Positions 12,453 through 24,649 of a DNA stretch of 64,000 nt are shown in pieces. Positions within the stretch are counted from its first letter, which is position 1, and the number at the start of each line of letters is the position of its first letter. Under the pieces are notes generated by a model. The model did no database searches, was not told the origin of the DNA, and saw only the letters and a list, made by a program, of their open reading frames with translations. The position numbers were made by a program, and so were the translations under genes. The stretch lies in assembly GCA_038087875.1 (NCBI GenBank), contig CM075996.1:3412001-3476000 (forward strand), in the 5' to 3' direction. This DNA comes from Malacoraja senta (lineage: Eukaryota).

Positions 12453-13868
12453 ATACTAATGATTACTACTTTGTGAGGGTGGACATCGATGATGAAATTC
12501 ACTACCATCTCCAGTGGGCCTGCATTGCCTGAAAATGCCTAAATGAAAGTGTAGGCAGCTATCCTCAATCAGGCACCAAGTACATGGTTTTCTTACCCCC
12601 CCCCCCCCCCCCCCAACTTCAAAAACCGACTATATAGAGCATCTCATATCGTCAGAGGAACCTGCAGTCTTCCAAATCCATCGACAGGAAAATGAGCTAA
12701 CATTAAGAGTTCTTCATCAGAATAACAACCCAGGACTGAGGCTCTCATTATGCTCATCCATTGATGAGAGGAACATATGCTTGCAAGCTCTCAAAACAGC
12801 CATAATAAATTCTGTCATGGCAAGAGATTATCAGGAGCCAAGAGGAAACGCCTCAAGCTTATTCGCAAAGCTTGCTTAGAAAAAATATTGCATCCTTAAT
12901 GACTCATGGAAATCCTTATCCTATAACCAAGACAGAGACGCATCATGGTAACTGAAAATCTAGTCTTTATATCAAAAGTACAAGGATTAGTGAAAACTTT
13001 AAAAGAGCACACCATCTCCTCTACCATCCTTTCACTACAAACATCTCCTGTAGCAGAGTTTGCAGATCATTAACCATCTCAATATAAAAAAAATCATGGA
13101 TCGGAGAGGAAACAATTCACCCTTGAAGGAATGAGCAAGATGAGAACAATTCCTTAATAAAGCTCAAAACAAGTTTGGCAGGTTGGTATTCCTGTTACTT
13201 TAAAGATGTATCCAGGATTTATTGAAACTGATATGGTGGTTAGAACTTTTCAGATAAAAACTCATACCAAAAACCAATAATTGGAAAAAATATGATTTTG
13301 TTTTATCACTTGCTCTCCTAAAATAATTATTTAAACAGTTGATCCAAAAGATGGCATTAATGTTGTTTAACATCTTTTAGAAGGAACATATTTCCTTACC
13401 TAATTGAATTTTGAACTGCATGCTCATTTACTGTTTTATTTGTTTTTTATACCTCAATATTGAAGGTTATGGTACAAAGCGCAGAGGGTATCAGGTAGCT
13501 TATCTAGTCAATATTCAATACAATGACTATAGAATGGTTACAAAATGCATTAAAGTCCTGTTAAACTACATGTTCAATTTAATTAGTTCAACACGCAACC
13601 AGTTAGTATTCAAGTGCTACACATTAATGTCATAAGGTTAATTATATAATAAATCAACAAAAAGCAAACGTGAAGGTCAGCCAACCCCTGATGCATATCA
13701 CTTTAGTGTAACAGCTTTTTCATTACAACTAATTTATTCTGTGAAAATCCATCTTCATGCCACTTTTTAAGCAAAACATGCAACTTAATTACTGATCTAC
13801 TTTTAACAAGCAGAAGGCCTGCTTCTACACAAACCACAGGGCACATTGTCCACTTTGAGTCTTCTTAC

Positions 13869-13883
13869 CGCAAACATTTAAAT
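13869..13883 (-). other. Candidate 15-nt micro-exon
   Basis: Minus strand atttctctttctattag|ATTTAAATGTTTGCG|gtaaga: pyrimidine tract plus AG, consensus donor, length a multiple of 3. Confidence 0.45.
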
Positions 13884-14099
13884 CTAATAGAAAGAGAAAT
13901 TTAAAGAAGTTGTACCGTTATAGCTTTGTTGATTTTTTTTTAAACAAGTATTTACGGCAAAATAATGTGTGTTGAAGCATTCACTTCAGTGTCAAATAAT
14001 CGCAATAGTATTCAGATTATCAGGTAAAATAAAGCATATTTACAAACAAAATACAAACAACCCAAAATCTCAGGATCAATTTAGTGGATTACTACAATT

Positions 14100-14237
14100 G
14101 ATTAGTAAGGGTGTCAGAAATTATGGGGCAAAAGCAGGAGAATGGGGTTGAGGGAAAAATAGATCAGCCATGATTGAATGGCGGAGTAGACCTGATGGAC
14201 CAGATGACCATATTCTGCTCCCAGAATTTATGAACTA
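14100..14237 (+). mobile_element. CR1 3' end fragment
   Basis: tatggggcaaaagcaggagaatgggg...gatcagccatgattgaatggcggag matches the CR1 3'UTR seen at 61400-61515. Confidence 0.75.
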
Positions 14238-14779
14238 ACTATACAGGGCCATCAAGTTCTCCGTTGCATTGTTGAATTTCAGTGAGATTGCATTGGAATA
14301 CCAATTAGCTAAAAACTACTTTAAAAATCACTTGTGTGTGTTTAATACAGTATATGTCTGGCTGCAATGACATGTGCTGTTAACCGTACAGTGTAGTCAA
14401 ATTGCAGGATAATGCCCTTTCAGTTAAACATTAAAAGGTGCCATATCACATGCGTGTATGTATATGAGGTTCACTGGCTTTACAAGTAAAACAATAAAAA
14501 GAGTAAAAGATACTCTCAATAATCCTTGTCTGCATTTTAGTCCTTAATAATATGGCCTTCCCAACTATCATATCATAGTAGTGCAACTGGCATAATAGCA
14601 CATTAAAGACAAGGGCTGGCCAGATATGATGTGAAAGGGTGAAAAGGGCTACAACTACAACTTGACTAAATGCATTAAATAATGGAAACTGAAATCAATG
14701 TAATTATGATGATTAAAGCAATGTTTGCCCTGGGAAAGAGCACAAGTGATAATTTTCTACAATTCTACCAATTGCATTT

Positions 14780-17160
14780 TACCAAACATTTTATTATTGT
14801 CACATGCACCAAGATACAATTGAAACTTTTGATTTGCATGCTATCCCAGTATACACAAGTACATAGGTAGTGCAAAAGAGAAAATAAACAGACTGTAGGA
14901 TATGGTATTACACCTACAAAGAAATGTACAGATTAAAAAAAACCTGCAAGAGCCACAACCAGATAGATTGGAATTCATTCTTAGCATACAAGAGGTCCAT
15001 GCTAGAATCTTATAACACCAGCTAAGAAGCTGATTTAAAATCTGGTAGCTTTCGTGCTTATGTATCTTCTGCCCAAACAGGAGATGCGAAGAGAGAATAA
15101 CCGAGGTGTGAATGATCCTTGATTATGCAGGCTACTTTCCAGAGGCAGCATGGTATCATTGGAATCAATTAGGCCAGAGGTAGGTTAGACTAGTTTGCAT
15201 GGTGGACTTTGCTGCATTCACAATTCTGTAATTTCTTGCAGTTTAGGGCAGAGAAGTTGCCATACCAAACTGTGATGCATCTACTTAGGATGTTTTCTAT
15301 GGTGCATATGTAGAAATTGGTAAGAGTTAATTGAGACATGTTAAATCTTCTTAGCCTTCTGAGGAAGAAGTAAGAGGCATGGGTGGTTTCTTGGCCGCAC
15401 ATCAATGTGGTTGGATCAGGCCAAAGAGTGAATGATATTTACACCTGGAAATTTGAAGCTCTCAACAATCTCTACTTCGGCACCATTGATACAGGCTGTA
15501 GCGTGTACACCACTCAGCTTCCTGAAGTCGACAACTAGTTCCTTTTTTCTGACCTTTTTTTCTGAGAGAGAGAGAGGTGTCTTGACATCGTGTTACTCTG
15601 CTTCCCGTCTCCTTCCTGTACTTCATCTCGTCATTTTTTTGAGATCTGGCCCATTGCAGTAATGTCATTGTAAATGGAGAGTAGAATTTGGCTGCAGAGT
15701 TGTGAATGCAGAGTACAGTGCCCCCCCCCCCCACATAATGTTTGAAACAAAGACCCATTAGTTATTTATTTGTCTCTGTACTCCAGTTTGAGATTTGTAA
15801 TAGAAAAAAAATTAGTTAAAGTGAACATGGTCAGATTTCATTCAAGGCTATTTTTATACATTTTGGTTTCACCATGTCAAAATTACAGCTGCGTTTATAC
15901 ATAGTCTCCCCATTTCAGGGCATCATAATGTTTGTGACACATGGCTTCACAGCTGTTTGTAATTGATCAGGTGTGTTTAATTGCCTCTTTAATGCAGGTA
16001 TAAGAGAGCTCTCAGCACCTAGACTTTCCTTCAGTCTTTCCTTCACCGTTGGAAACTTTTAATGCTGTTTATCAACATGAGGACCAAAGTTGTACCAATG
16101 AAAGTTAAATAAGCCATTATGAGACTGAGAAACAAGAATAAAACTGTTGAGACATCAGCCAAACCACAGGCTTACCAAAATTAACTGTTTGGAACATAAT
16201 TAAGAAGAGAGCACTGGTGAGCTTACTAATCGCAAAGGGACTGGCAGGCCAAGGAAGAGCTCCACAGCTGATGACAGAAGAATTCTCTCTATAATAAAGA
16301 AAAATCCCCAAACACCTGACAGACAGATCAGAAACACTCTTTTGTCACTGACTACTGTCCACAGAAGACTTCATGAACAGAAATACAGAGGCTATACTGC
16401 AGGATGAATCTACTGGTTAGCCACAAAAATAGGATGACCAGGTTAGTTTGCCAAGAAGTACTTAAAGGAGCAACTACAGTTCTGGACAAAGAACTTGTGG
16501 ATGGATGAGACGAAGATTAACATATCAGAGTGATGGCAAGAGTAAAGTATGGAGCAGAGAAGGAGCTGCCCAAGATACAAAGCATATCACCTCATCTGTA
16601 AAACACAGTGGTGGGGGTGTTATAGTCTGGGCATGTATGGCTGCTGAAGGTACTGGTTCATTTATCTTCATTGATGATACAACTGCTGATGGTAGTAGCA
16701 TAATGAATCCTGATGCGTATAGACACATCCTATCTGCTCAAGTTCAAACAAATGCCTCAAAATTCATTGGCCGGCGGTTCTTTCTACAGCAAGACAATGG
16801 TCCCAAACATACTGCTAAAGCAACAAAGGAGTTTTTCCAAAACTAAAAAATGGTGTTGAGAATTATCGCAGATGATTTTTTTTGTCACCTATCCTCATCG
16901 ATTATGGTCTATGTGTCAGGAAGTTAAGGATCTAGCTGCTGACTCCTAGGACCAGGAATTGGAAGACGAGTTTGGCTGGCATTATGGTATTGAAGGCAGG
17001 AATGTAGTCAATAAACGCAGAACTGTAGTCTGACACAGCTGTTATTGTTATCTGGATGTTCCAGGGATGAATGTAGAGGCAAGGAGATGCATCTGTCGCG
17101 TACTTGTTGCAGCAGTAGGTGAATTGCAATGGATCATGGCTGTCTGGGAGGTTGGAGTTG
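14780..17160 (-). mobile_element. Decayed Rex1/Babar-like LINE interrupted by a Tc1 element
   Basis: YFFLRRLRRFNMSQLTLTNFY...TVWYGN (15190-15405) and DYIPAFNTIMPAKLV (16932-17129) flank the Tc1 insertion. Confidence 0.75.
15716..16850 (+). mobile_element. Tc1 transposon, right end missing, transposase pseudogene
   Basis: TA|CAGTGCCC terminus, long IR/DR-type TIR, KHSGGGVIVWACM and QQDNGPKH motifs; same family as 46507-48319. Confidence 0.92.
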
Positions 17161-20100
17161 ATGACTTTTATTCCCTCAAATTCCCATCAACTCTCCATTG
17201 ATTTTGATACTTACTACATGAATGGATAGATTGCCAATTAATCCACCAATGTATCTTTGTGATGTTGACCATCCAGCAGAAACTGGATCCAGTCACAGGA
17301 AGCACATGCAAATTCCACACAGGGCACCCACGATCAAGATCAGCCAGGTCCCTCCAAGTTGCAAAGCAGCAGTGCTATTCTCCCCTCCCCACCCCATGCC
17401 CATGAGGTGTGACGATCAGTGGGCATCAATTTTTGGGCTCATCGCCTTTGACCATCAAAAGACGATTTTCTGAAACCAAAGACAAAAATCATCCGCGAAT
17501 TGCAAGATTGGAGAGTATCAAAATTCTGTCAACCTGGGCAGGTCTTTGGTTTCTCACTACAGCAGCAAATGCAGAGATGTTTAAACAAAGGAAAAGAGCA
17601 AGGCAATTGGAGGCATGTGAGAAGCTTACCTTCCAACCCAAATTAAATTTAGAATAATATTAAACAGCATAAGAAAGGCAAATAATTAAGGACATCAAAT
17701 GGAAATGTTATGATTTGTAAAGTCAATACCCAATCAAGTTTGCTGAAGAATATGTCAGTGAAATAAAATATGATAGAAGGCAAGGTGAATTAGGAAAAAA
17801 CAAATAGAAAAGCAGAAGGAAAACAGTCTTCCACGATCAGCAAGATACAGGTTCTGCACACTCATTTCTTCTTACATGGCAAGTGTTGAGAATAGGAAAC
17901 GAGGCCGAATCAAAAGAGTGAATGCTACCTGTTGTATGGTGCTCACTTAAGGAACAGAACCATTCAAACTGTTTCATTTGCTATATTTGGATTTTCATTT
18001 GGTACAGGCTCTTAAGATTGTATTTTCCTCAAAAAATGTTGCTGCATATCTTTGATGAATACTGCCAAAATTTTGGGCAATAAACCCAGAAGCTCATAAA
18101 TAATGATCACAAGCATGACTTTCCAATCTTCAGTGAATGGTCCTTGAACCCTCCAGCACATCAGCAGTGATCTACATGCATGTTTAATTTTTTTTTAGGT
18201 TATCCAATATAAATATCAGCCCCATTCAACCCCACCCCTAACCTCAAATTGGAGAAATGAAACAAATTGGGAGATTCTGTACAAACCTAACACAGATCCA
18301 GGAAGCATAAAAACAATTTAGTATTTTGTTGAGAGCTGTACAAGTCAGCACTAATAATGGCAGTTAATGAGAAACACAGCTGTGAAGAGAGATCAGGAAC
18401 AAAATATGATAGAGGATGGTTTAATCCCAAAAAGCAAATTTTGCAGATGAATTTCAAATAAAAGCAGAAAAGACCAGAAATACTCAGGTCTGGCAGCATC
18501 TGTGGAGAGAAAAACAGAGTTAATGTTTCAAGTTAATACTCTTTCAACATTCTATTTCTCTCTCCACAGACACTGTCTGTCTTGCTGTGTATTTCCAGCA
18601 CTGTTCAGTTTAATAGTCCAAGGTCAAGGGTTGTAGATGTGTTCTATCTACCCCAAAAGAATGATTTGTGTTTAATTCAAAACCATAAATTCTGTTTGAA
18701 ATAGTAGATGCGGCCAAGTTTACTGGAGCACGAAAGCATGATTTTATCGTTCTGTGCGTTTAGTACTTGGTGCTCACTGGAAGAACAGAAATGGTGCCAT
18801 TTTTGTGATGACCATGTTCCTACAGTATAATCATGCTGAAAATTAAGGGATACTGGTGCTGTGAATGTAACCGTCCATTTAGTGTGCAATTTGAAGCAGG
18901 ATTTGGAGGTACCTTATGTTTCTTGCTCTTTTGCTAATGGGATAAAGTGTAAAAAGGGCACGTTTTAGGTTACAAAATCCGATTCACTTAAATGGCAAAT
19001 TCACACACAAAATAGAAAGGTGCCCAAGTGAAATTCATATGCCCTCTATCTGACGCTAGAATTTTCTTCCTCCTTTCCAGATATGCATTTATTATTCCTC
19101 GATAAGTCAGCAGAATGTTTGAGAAAATCTTACCAAAGCAGGTTAAGTTCCAGGCCAATGAGCGTAACTATTTTTCTGCAGAATTCATGTCCACAGAGAT
19201 GAAGATAAATACATTGGCTGAAATTATATCAAGTCAGAATACATCAGGAATTAAACATGTGACATCCTTGATTTTGCCATTTAACCAATGCTTCATAATT
19301 AAATTAGTGCAACAGCATCCAGAAAGCGGATTTTATAGATATGTTTACACTTTAAATATGGGCATGCAGATGCATTCCATGTGTCAAGGTGCCAGGCCAC
19401 TTTCATGAAAGATCAGAATGGAGATATTTATTTTATAGTGTACTGGCACATGCCGAGACATACTCCATTATGATAAAAGGCTTAGAATGTAGAAAAGTAC
19501 AGCACAAGAATAGGCCTTTTGGCCCATAAAGTGCTAAACATGTCAAACACGATCTCGCTGAACTAATTGCATCTGCCTGTAAGTGATCCATATCACTCCC
19601 TGCATGTCCATTTTACAAAAAAAAAACTCAAATGCCACTTTCGTATCTGCCTCCTCCACCACCCTGGCAGCACTTTCCAGGCACCCATCACCCTCTGTGT
19701 AAAGATCTGCACTGCACATCTCCTTTAAAGTTTGCTTCTTTCACATTAAAGTTATATGCTTTAGACTTTGTGCCACAATTTGCATGGTGGTTCAAAAAAT
19801 AATTAAATGTATCCAATGAAATACTTTTGCTGCTAATGACGTTCATCAACCACACACACCCAATCAAGAAATATATTTTAAACTAGTCTTATGACATGGA
19901 TGCAAAATTCTGTTGCAATGACACAAAAGCATTGATCTTATTTAATGATGATCTCAACATTTTCCCCCAATTTGGACAAGAAGTCATTTTGAATGTCTAT
20001 GAGTCATTTGAAAAGGAAAGAAAATACAGGAGTCTCTTGAACCCAATATTTCCATGCATTAATTTTTCAATCAATTCAGTAAAACATCTGATTAAAGTAA

Positions 20101-20421
20101 GTTTAATTTCTGTATGATTCTTACATACACTGCGAGATTCAAGTATGGAGTAGTTCAATTGTCTGATTGTCCCACAACAGACTCAAATTATTATTTTAAA
20201 AACAATGCCTTTTTTGCTTTTTACTTTTTCCTTCCTCATCTTTGTAAAATACCGTTTTGATTTCAGATAGAAAATGCGTCAAAGTGGAATGGACATCCGA
20301 GTTCAGTTTGGATATAACATGAGTAAATCAGAAGGTGGTCTACGATTCATTCCACCAGTAGCTCCGACAAAGTAATTTCAGATTACTGATCAGTAGAGTT
20401 TCCATTGCACATCACCCATAC

Positions 20422-21000
20422 CTGCATGTTAAAAACCAAACTTCATCCACCGAGAAGATTTTGAATTTCATTTTCCTTATATATCAAACAAGCTTCCTTC
20501 CAACAATAATAACTGGGGACATACATTGACACTACCAATCCAGTTGCTGAAAAAAAGTCCTCAAGAGTTCACATGCAAAAGAGTACAAAAAAACAATTGC
20601 GCTCAAGATATTGCACTTGAAACTCTCCCCAGCCTTTCGCAAGTTAAGATTAACTTCAGAGCACATCTCATTCAATTGAATATGGTGGGTCTGCACTGGC
20701 TCAGCAAATAAATACAATGTATAAAGTACTCAGCCATACAGTCCATGATTTCATCTTTGATCTCAATGGTGATAATTGTGATAATGTTGACCTCACATTT
20801 TTTGCAAACTGGCAAATGTCATTTAGAATCGCTACTTCTGAACACCACCCAGTAATCCATGCTGAAAAGTGAATTAGTGGGACGAGAACAGAAAGAGGTT
20901 CAGAAATGATGCTCTTATCTGGGTTCACACAAATGCCAGTTGAACGGAGGCATGAAAAGGGCACAGGTATGCATAATTTGAGCAGCTCCTTGGTGTCATC
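20422..21000 (-). other. Candidate exon of unidentified minus-strand transcript (3' boundary uncertain)
   Basis: Acceptor atgtttttctctcag|GATGAC at 21001/21000; frame open to TGA at 20701-20703; first good donor I see is CAG|gtatgg at 20422/20421. Confidence 0.4.
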
Positions 21001-21075
21001 CTGAGAGAAAAACATGACACGCTTATGCAATAGCAAATTTTGTTTGCTAACATAAACATAGAAATACTACCGTAC

Positions 21076-21124
21076 CTTTTGGTTTATTTCAAGCAGACCA
21101 TTCAGTGTTACACTTTGGTCCGTC
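21076..21124 (-). other. Candidate 49-nt internal exon
   Basis: tttcccaatttctttcag|GACGGACC...CAAAAG|gtacgg; followed by a 75-nt intron to the acceptor at 21001. Confidence 0.55.
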
Positions 21125-22171
21125 CTGAAAGAAATTGGGAAATAACTTTAGACTCTAACAAAGCATTTTAATAAGCAATATTCCAGAGAATAAACATGCA
21201 ACAGACACGTCTTATTAACACAGCAGCGTCAAGAATATAGTTGAATTTTATTCAAACCACTAACTGTTATTACAGAGTGTTGAGAATATAAAGTTTCACC
21301 AAGTATACCGACTGAGATTCCAAAAACAAACAGCAAAATACAGAAGGACGCTAAAAGTTTAAAATTAAAACAAAAAATACTGAAAGTCAGTCAGCACGTG
21401 CGGAGAGGGAAACAGAGTTAATGTTTCAGATCCAGAACTGTATTTCCCTCTCTCCACAGATGTGGCCAGACCTGCTGAGTAACTCCAGTGTTTTTGTTTT
21501 CACTTGTAATTTTATAAAATCTGGCCTTTCAAATTGTGTTGCTCAATACTGCGCAACAACTATATATAACTTAAATTATTAGTGACTGTTTTGTCCTGTC
21601 TGTTGTGAAGAATTTTCAGTTGTAAACTTTCATTATAGCAAATGAATTTAATTATCTAACTACAAATCACCTGTAAAGTATTTGGATAAAAATTTGGACA
21701 GTAAGAATGTGAGCTTACACGATTTGTCTAAAACTAAAACTTTGATAGATTAGAGCAAATAATGAAATATCGTTGTTACAAATCTCAGGATTAATTTTAG
21801 AGATTTCACTGTATTGATCATACCTGTAAGAATATGGAGTGGAGAGTACCTTCAGGGTATTTTAAAGAATTAAGACAATGGTCACATGTCCTTTACGCAT
21901 CTCAGATGCGTGTCTATAATGCTAGATATCTAACCATACTGTAGAAGTAGAACGCATGTAGTTTGCTTCAGAGTCAGGAACCCCCCCCCCCCCCACCCCG
22001 AAAAATGCCTTATGGTTTTTCTACTGCTAATTGTTAACCACCAGGTGATATATATTTTCCAATGTGGGTATCTTGGATGTCACCAGTGGTTCCAACAGCT
22101 GCCAATATTGACGTGAATTAACAGAAACCACATGGTCTTAAAGACTTGAATCCTAGGAAATATAACCCAGC

Positions 22172-22283
22172 AAATTAGTCAACGGAGTCAGAAATAGGTC
22201 AAAATTGGAGAGCACATGCAACAAAGAAAAATTAGTCAACGAAGTCAGAAATAGATCAAAATTGGAGAGCACATGCAACAAAA
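22172..22283. repeat. Tandem duplication of a ~55-bp unit
   Basis: aaattagtcaacg(g/aa)gtcagaaatag(g/a)tcaaaattggagagcacatgcaacaaa occurs twice head-to-tail. Confidence 0.9.
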
Positions 22284-22404
22284 AATTTCCAATTTAGTTG
22301 AATGACTCATTTTATATGAGCAAAATGCATTCAATACACTTTAATACACCTATCACTATGGATCGATTTGACTTTACATACAAGTTGAAATAATTGTTTT
22401 AAGA

Positions 22405-22910
22405 GTGAGGTTCTTGCCCAACTGAGATTACGTAGCCTCAAGTTTCACTCCAGAGCACATAAATCAGGTGTTCGTAAGCTTATAGTGATAGAAGCAGAAT
22501 TAGGTAATTTGGCCCATCTAGTCTACTCCGCAATTCGATCATGGCTGATCTATCTCGCCCTCCGAACCCCATTCTCCTGCCTTCTCCCGATAACTCCTGA
22601 ACATGTTATAGAAGCACTGTAATACAGAAACTGCCCTTTAAAAAAAAAAAAAATTCAATGGACATTCAATGGAGCTTGTATGGTGGGGGTGATTGCCAAA
22701 AATCCTACTGGGGTCATCTTCAGCCATTTCTTCTAACTAATCTTTAGTCCTCAAACAACTCCATCAATAATAACTTGCCCGCTTACATGCTTGTGCAAAC
22801 TGACTGCCACATTTCCTTTCATAACAGTAGTAACTTCATTACATAGTACTTCTTTGATGTAAAGTGATTAGGAAATGTTCTTAAATCACAGAAAGCCTAT
22901 ATAAATTTTA
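22405..22910 (+). mobile_element. Old Deu-domain SINE (SacSINE1-like) with an inserted antisense CR1 3' end (~22465-22600)
   Basis: gtgcaaactgactgccacatttcc...ataacagtagtaacttca...tgatgtaaagtg resembles the DeuSINE/L2-type tail (recalled consensus, not aligned). Confidence 0.5.
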
Positions 22911-23809
22911 GTTTGCTCTAGGTAATAAATTAATGTCTCTTTTGAATGCAATATCATTCTGCCATTACCACCGCACTGTTTTCAATTCTTTTGTGCTGGT
23001 CTGGGATATGTTATTTTCGCAATAGACAGAGTCGTTAGTAAAATGTTTGGAGGGAAGGTACAAAACTGGCAGGAAAACATATTTTATACAAAGTTGCAGC
23101 TGATTCAATAAGGGAATACTCTTTAGCAGTTACTAGGGAGGTTTCTGAAGATAACTCACCAAATTAAAACAAATCTGGATTTAACAAATAAGCAACATTG
23201 AACAGAGACTTGAGCTTCACAGATCTAAGCAAATGGATTATTGTTGGTCAAACACAGATGTTTCCCCGAGACCCCAAAACGTGCATGTCAAATAATATAG
23301 AACATTTTGTAAATAGAATTTGTTCAACTTTTAAAGTCCATACTGGTATTCAAGGTACAGGAGAGGGGGAATTCAATATTTTTATTTCAAAATTGTATAC
23401 TTTGCTTCTAAATGTAATTCTTTCCAGATTGTAAATTCTGTTAAACAGTTAAAAAGATTAGGAACAAAAAACCCCCACAAGTTTGCAATGTAAATATATT
23501 CTGGTATTTTGCTCAAATTCTTTTGAAATTTCTGTTGATCCTAGTGCAAGAAAAACCTGCTGGAGTAACTCAGGCGAAATGGAAGTCTCACTGAATTCCT
23601 CCAGCAGTTTGGGTTTTTTTTTTGCACCAGACTCCAGCATCTACGATCTCTTGTTGGTACTTGATTTTAAAGATGGTTTCAATATTTTTGAATTAGTTCT
23701 CAGAACATACAAATTTGCAAGAAATATAATGGGCATTTTATCATTATGAACCAAGTTACCATACAATGTCAAACATCTACCAGGAAAATGCATGGGTGTG
23801 GTTGTTCAA

Positions 23810-24230
23810 CAAATGCCCACCAAATGAAGTAAGTTTCTTCAATGTCAGTAATGGACAAAGCCATTCTTAACTTCAAGATATTCAAGATGTACTTTCCAGC
23901 TTACAGAGCACCTTTGAAGCAGTCACCATTGCATTACATGAAATATAGCAGCAGGCTGGCACACATGATCTTAGAAATGGCACTGTGATAATGAACAGGG
24001 AATAAAGCAATATTAATTGATGAGTGCACATTGGGCAGGGCATCAGACATAACAAATTTGCTTGTCCTTGAAAGAGTTGTGGGATTTTCTGACATTTCTG
24101 CAGGAAGTCTTACCGGATCTCAATTGTATACCTCATTCTAAAGGCAGCACCTTCAGTGATGTATTGGAATGTCAATCTTTTAAATCAGATTCAAGGACAC
24201 TCTCAACTGTGCCACAGTTGATATTTACTG
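23810..24230 (-). mobile_element. Old Deu-domain SINE remnant
   Basis: ctttgaagcagtcaccattg...gggattttctgacat...ctcattctaaaggcagcacc resembles the reverse complement of a DeuSINE body. Confidence 0.45.
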
Positions 24231-24649
24231 ATTAACATTATGTTATATTGGGGAAAGTTTTTCAAAGTCCTGCAGAGCGAGACAGACAGAAGTTGGGCCA
24301 TTTAGTCTCTTGGATGTAGTTTCACAGTTTACTGCACATGGCTGATCTCTACTTCAGTCTCACTTACCTGCTCTTGATCCTATCTCACAATATCCTATTC
24401 AACAAGTGACCGTCAACCTCAGTCCTCAAAACTTTCAGTTAAGCCAACACGAACTGCCTTTTCTGAGCTTATCCTAACACTGTTTGCTCACCAAACATTA
24501 AAAAAAAAAAATACTGAAGGGAATGGAAAAAAACTTTTTTTTGATGCTCCATGCCATAGTCTGAATAAGTCTCCCTGAAATTGGCGACATTTGCGGACCC
24601 TTGACGCAAGGCTTAAAAGTCATACAAAATCAATAAGCATGATCCTGAT

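Noticed and set aside
18800..18842. GTGATGA...CTGA with short terminal stem (C/D snoRNA-like)
   Set aside because: Only 24 nt between the boxes; too short and no C'/D' boxes.
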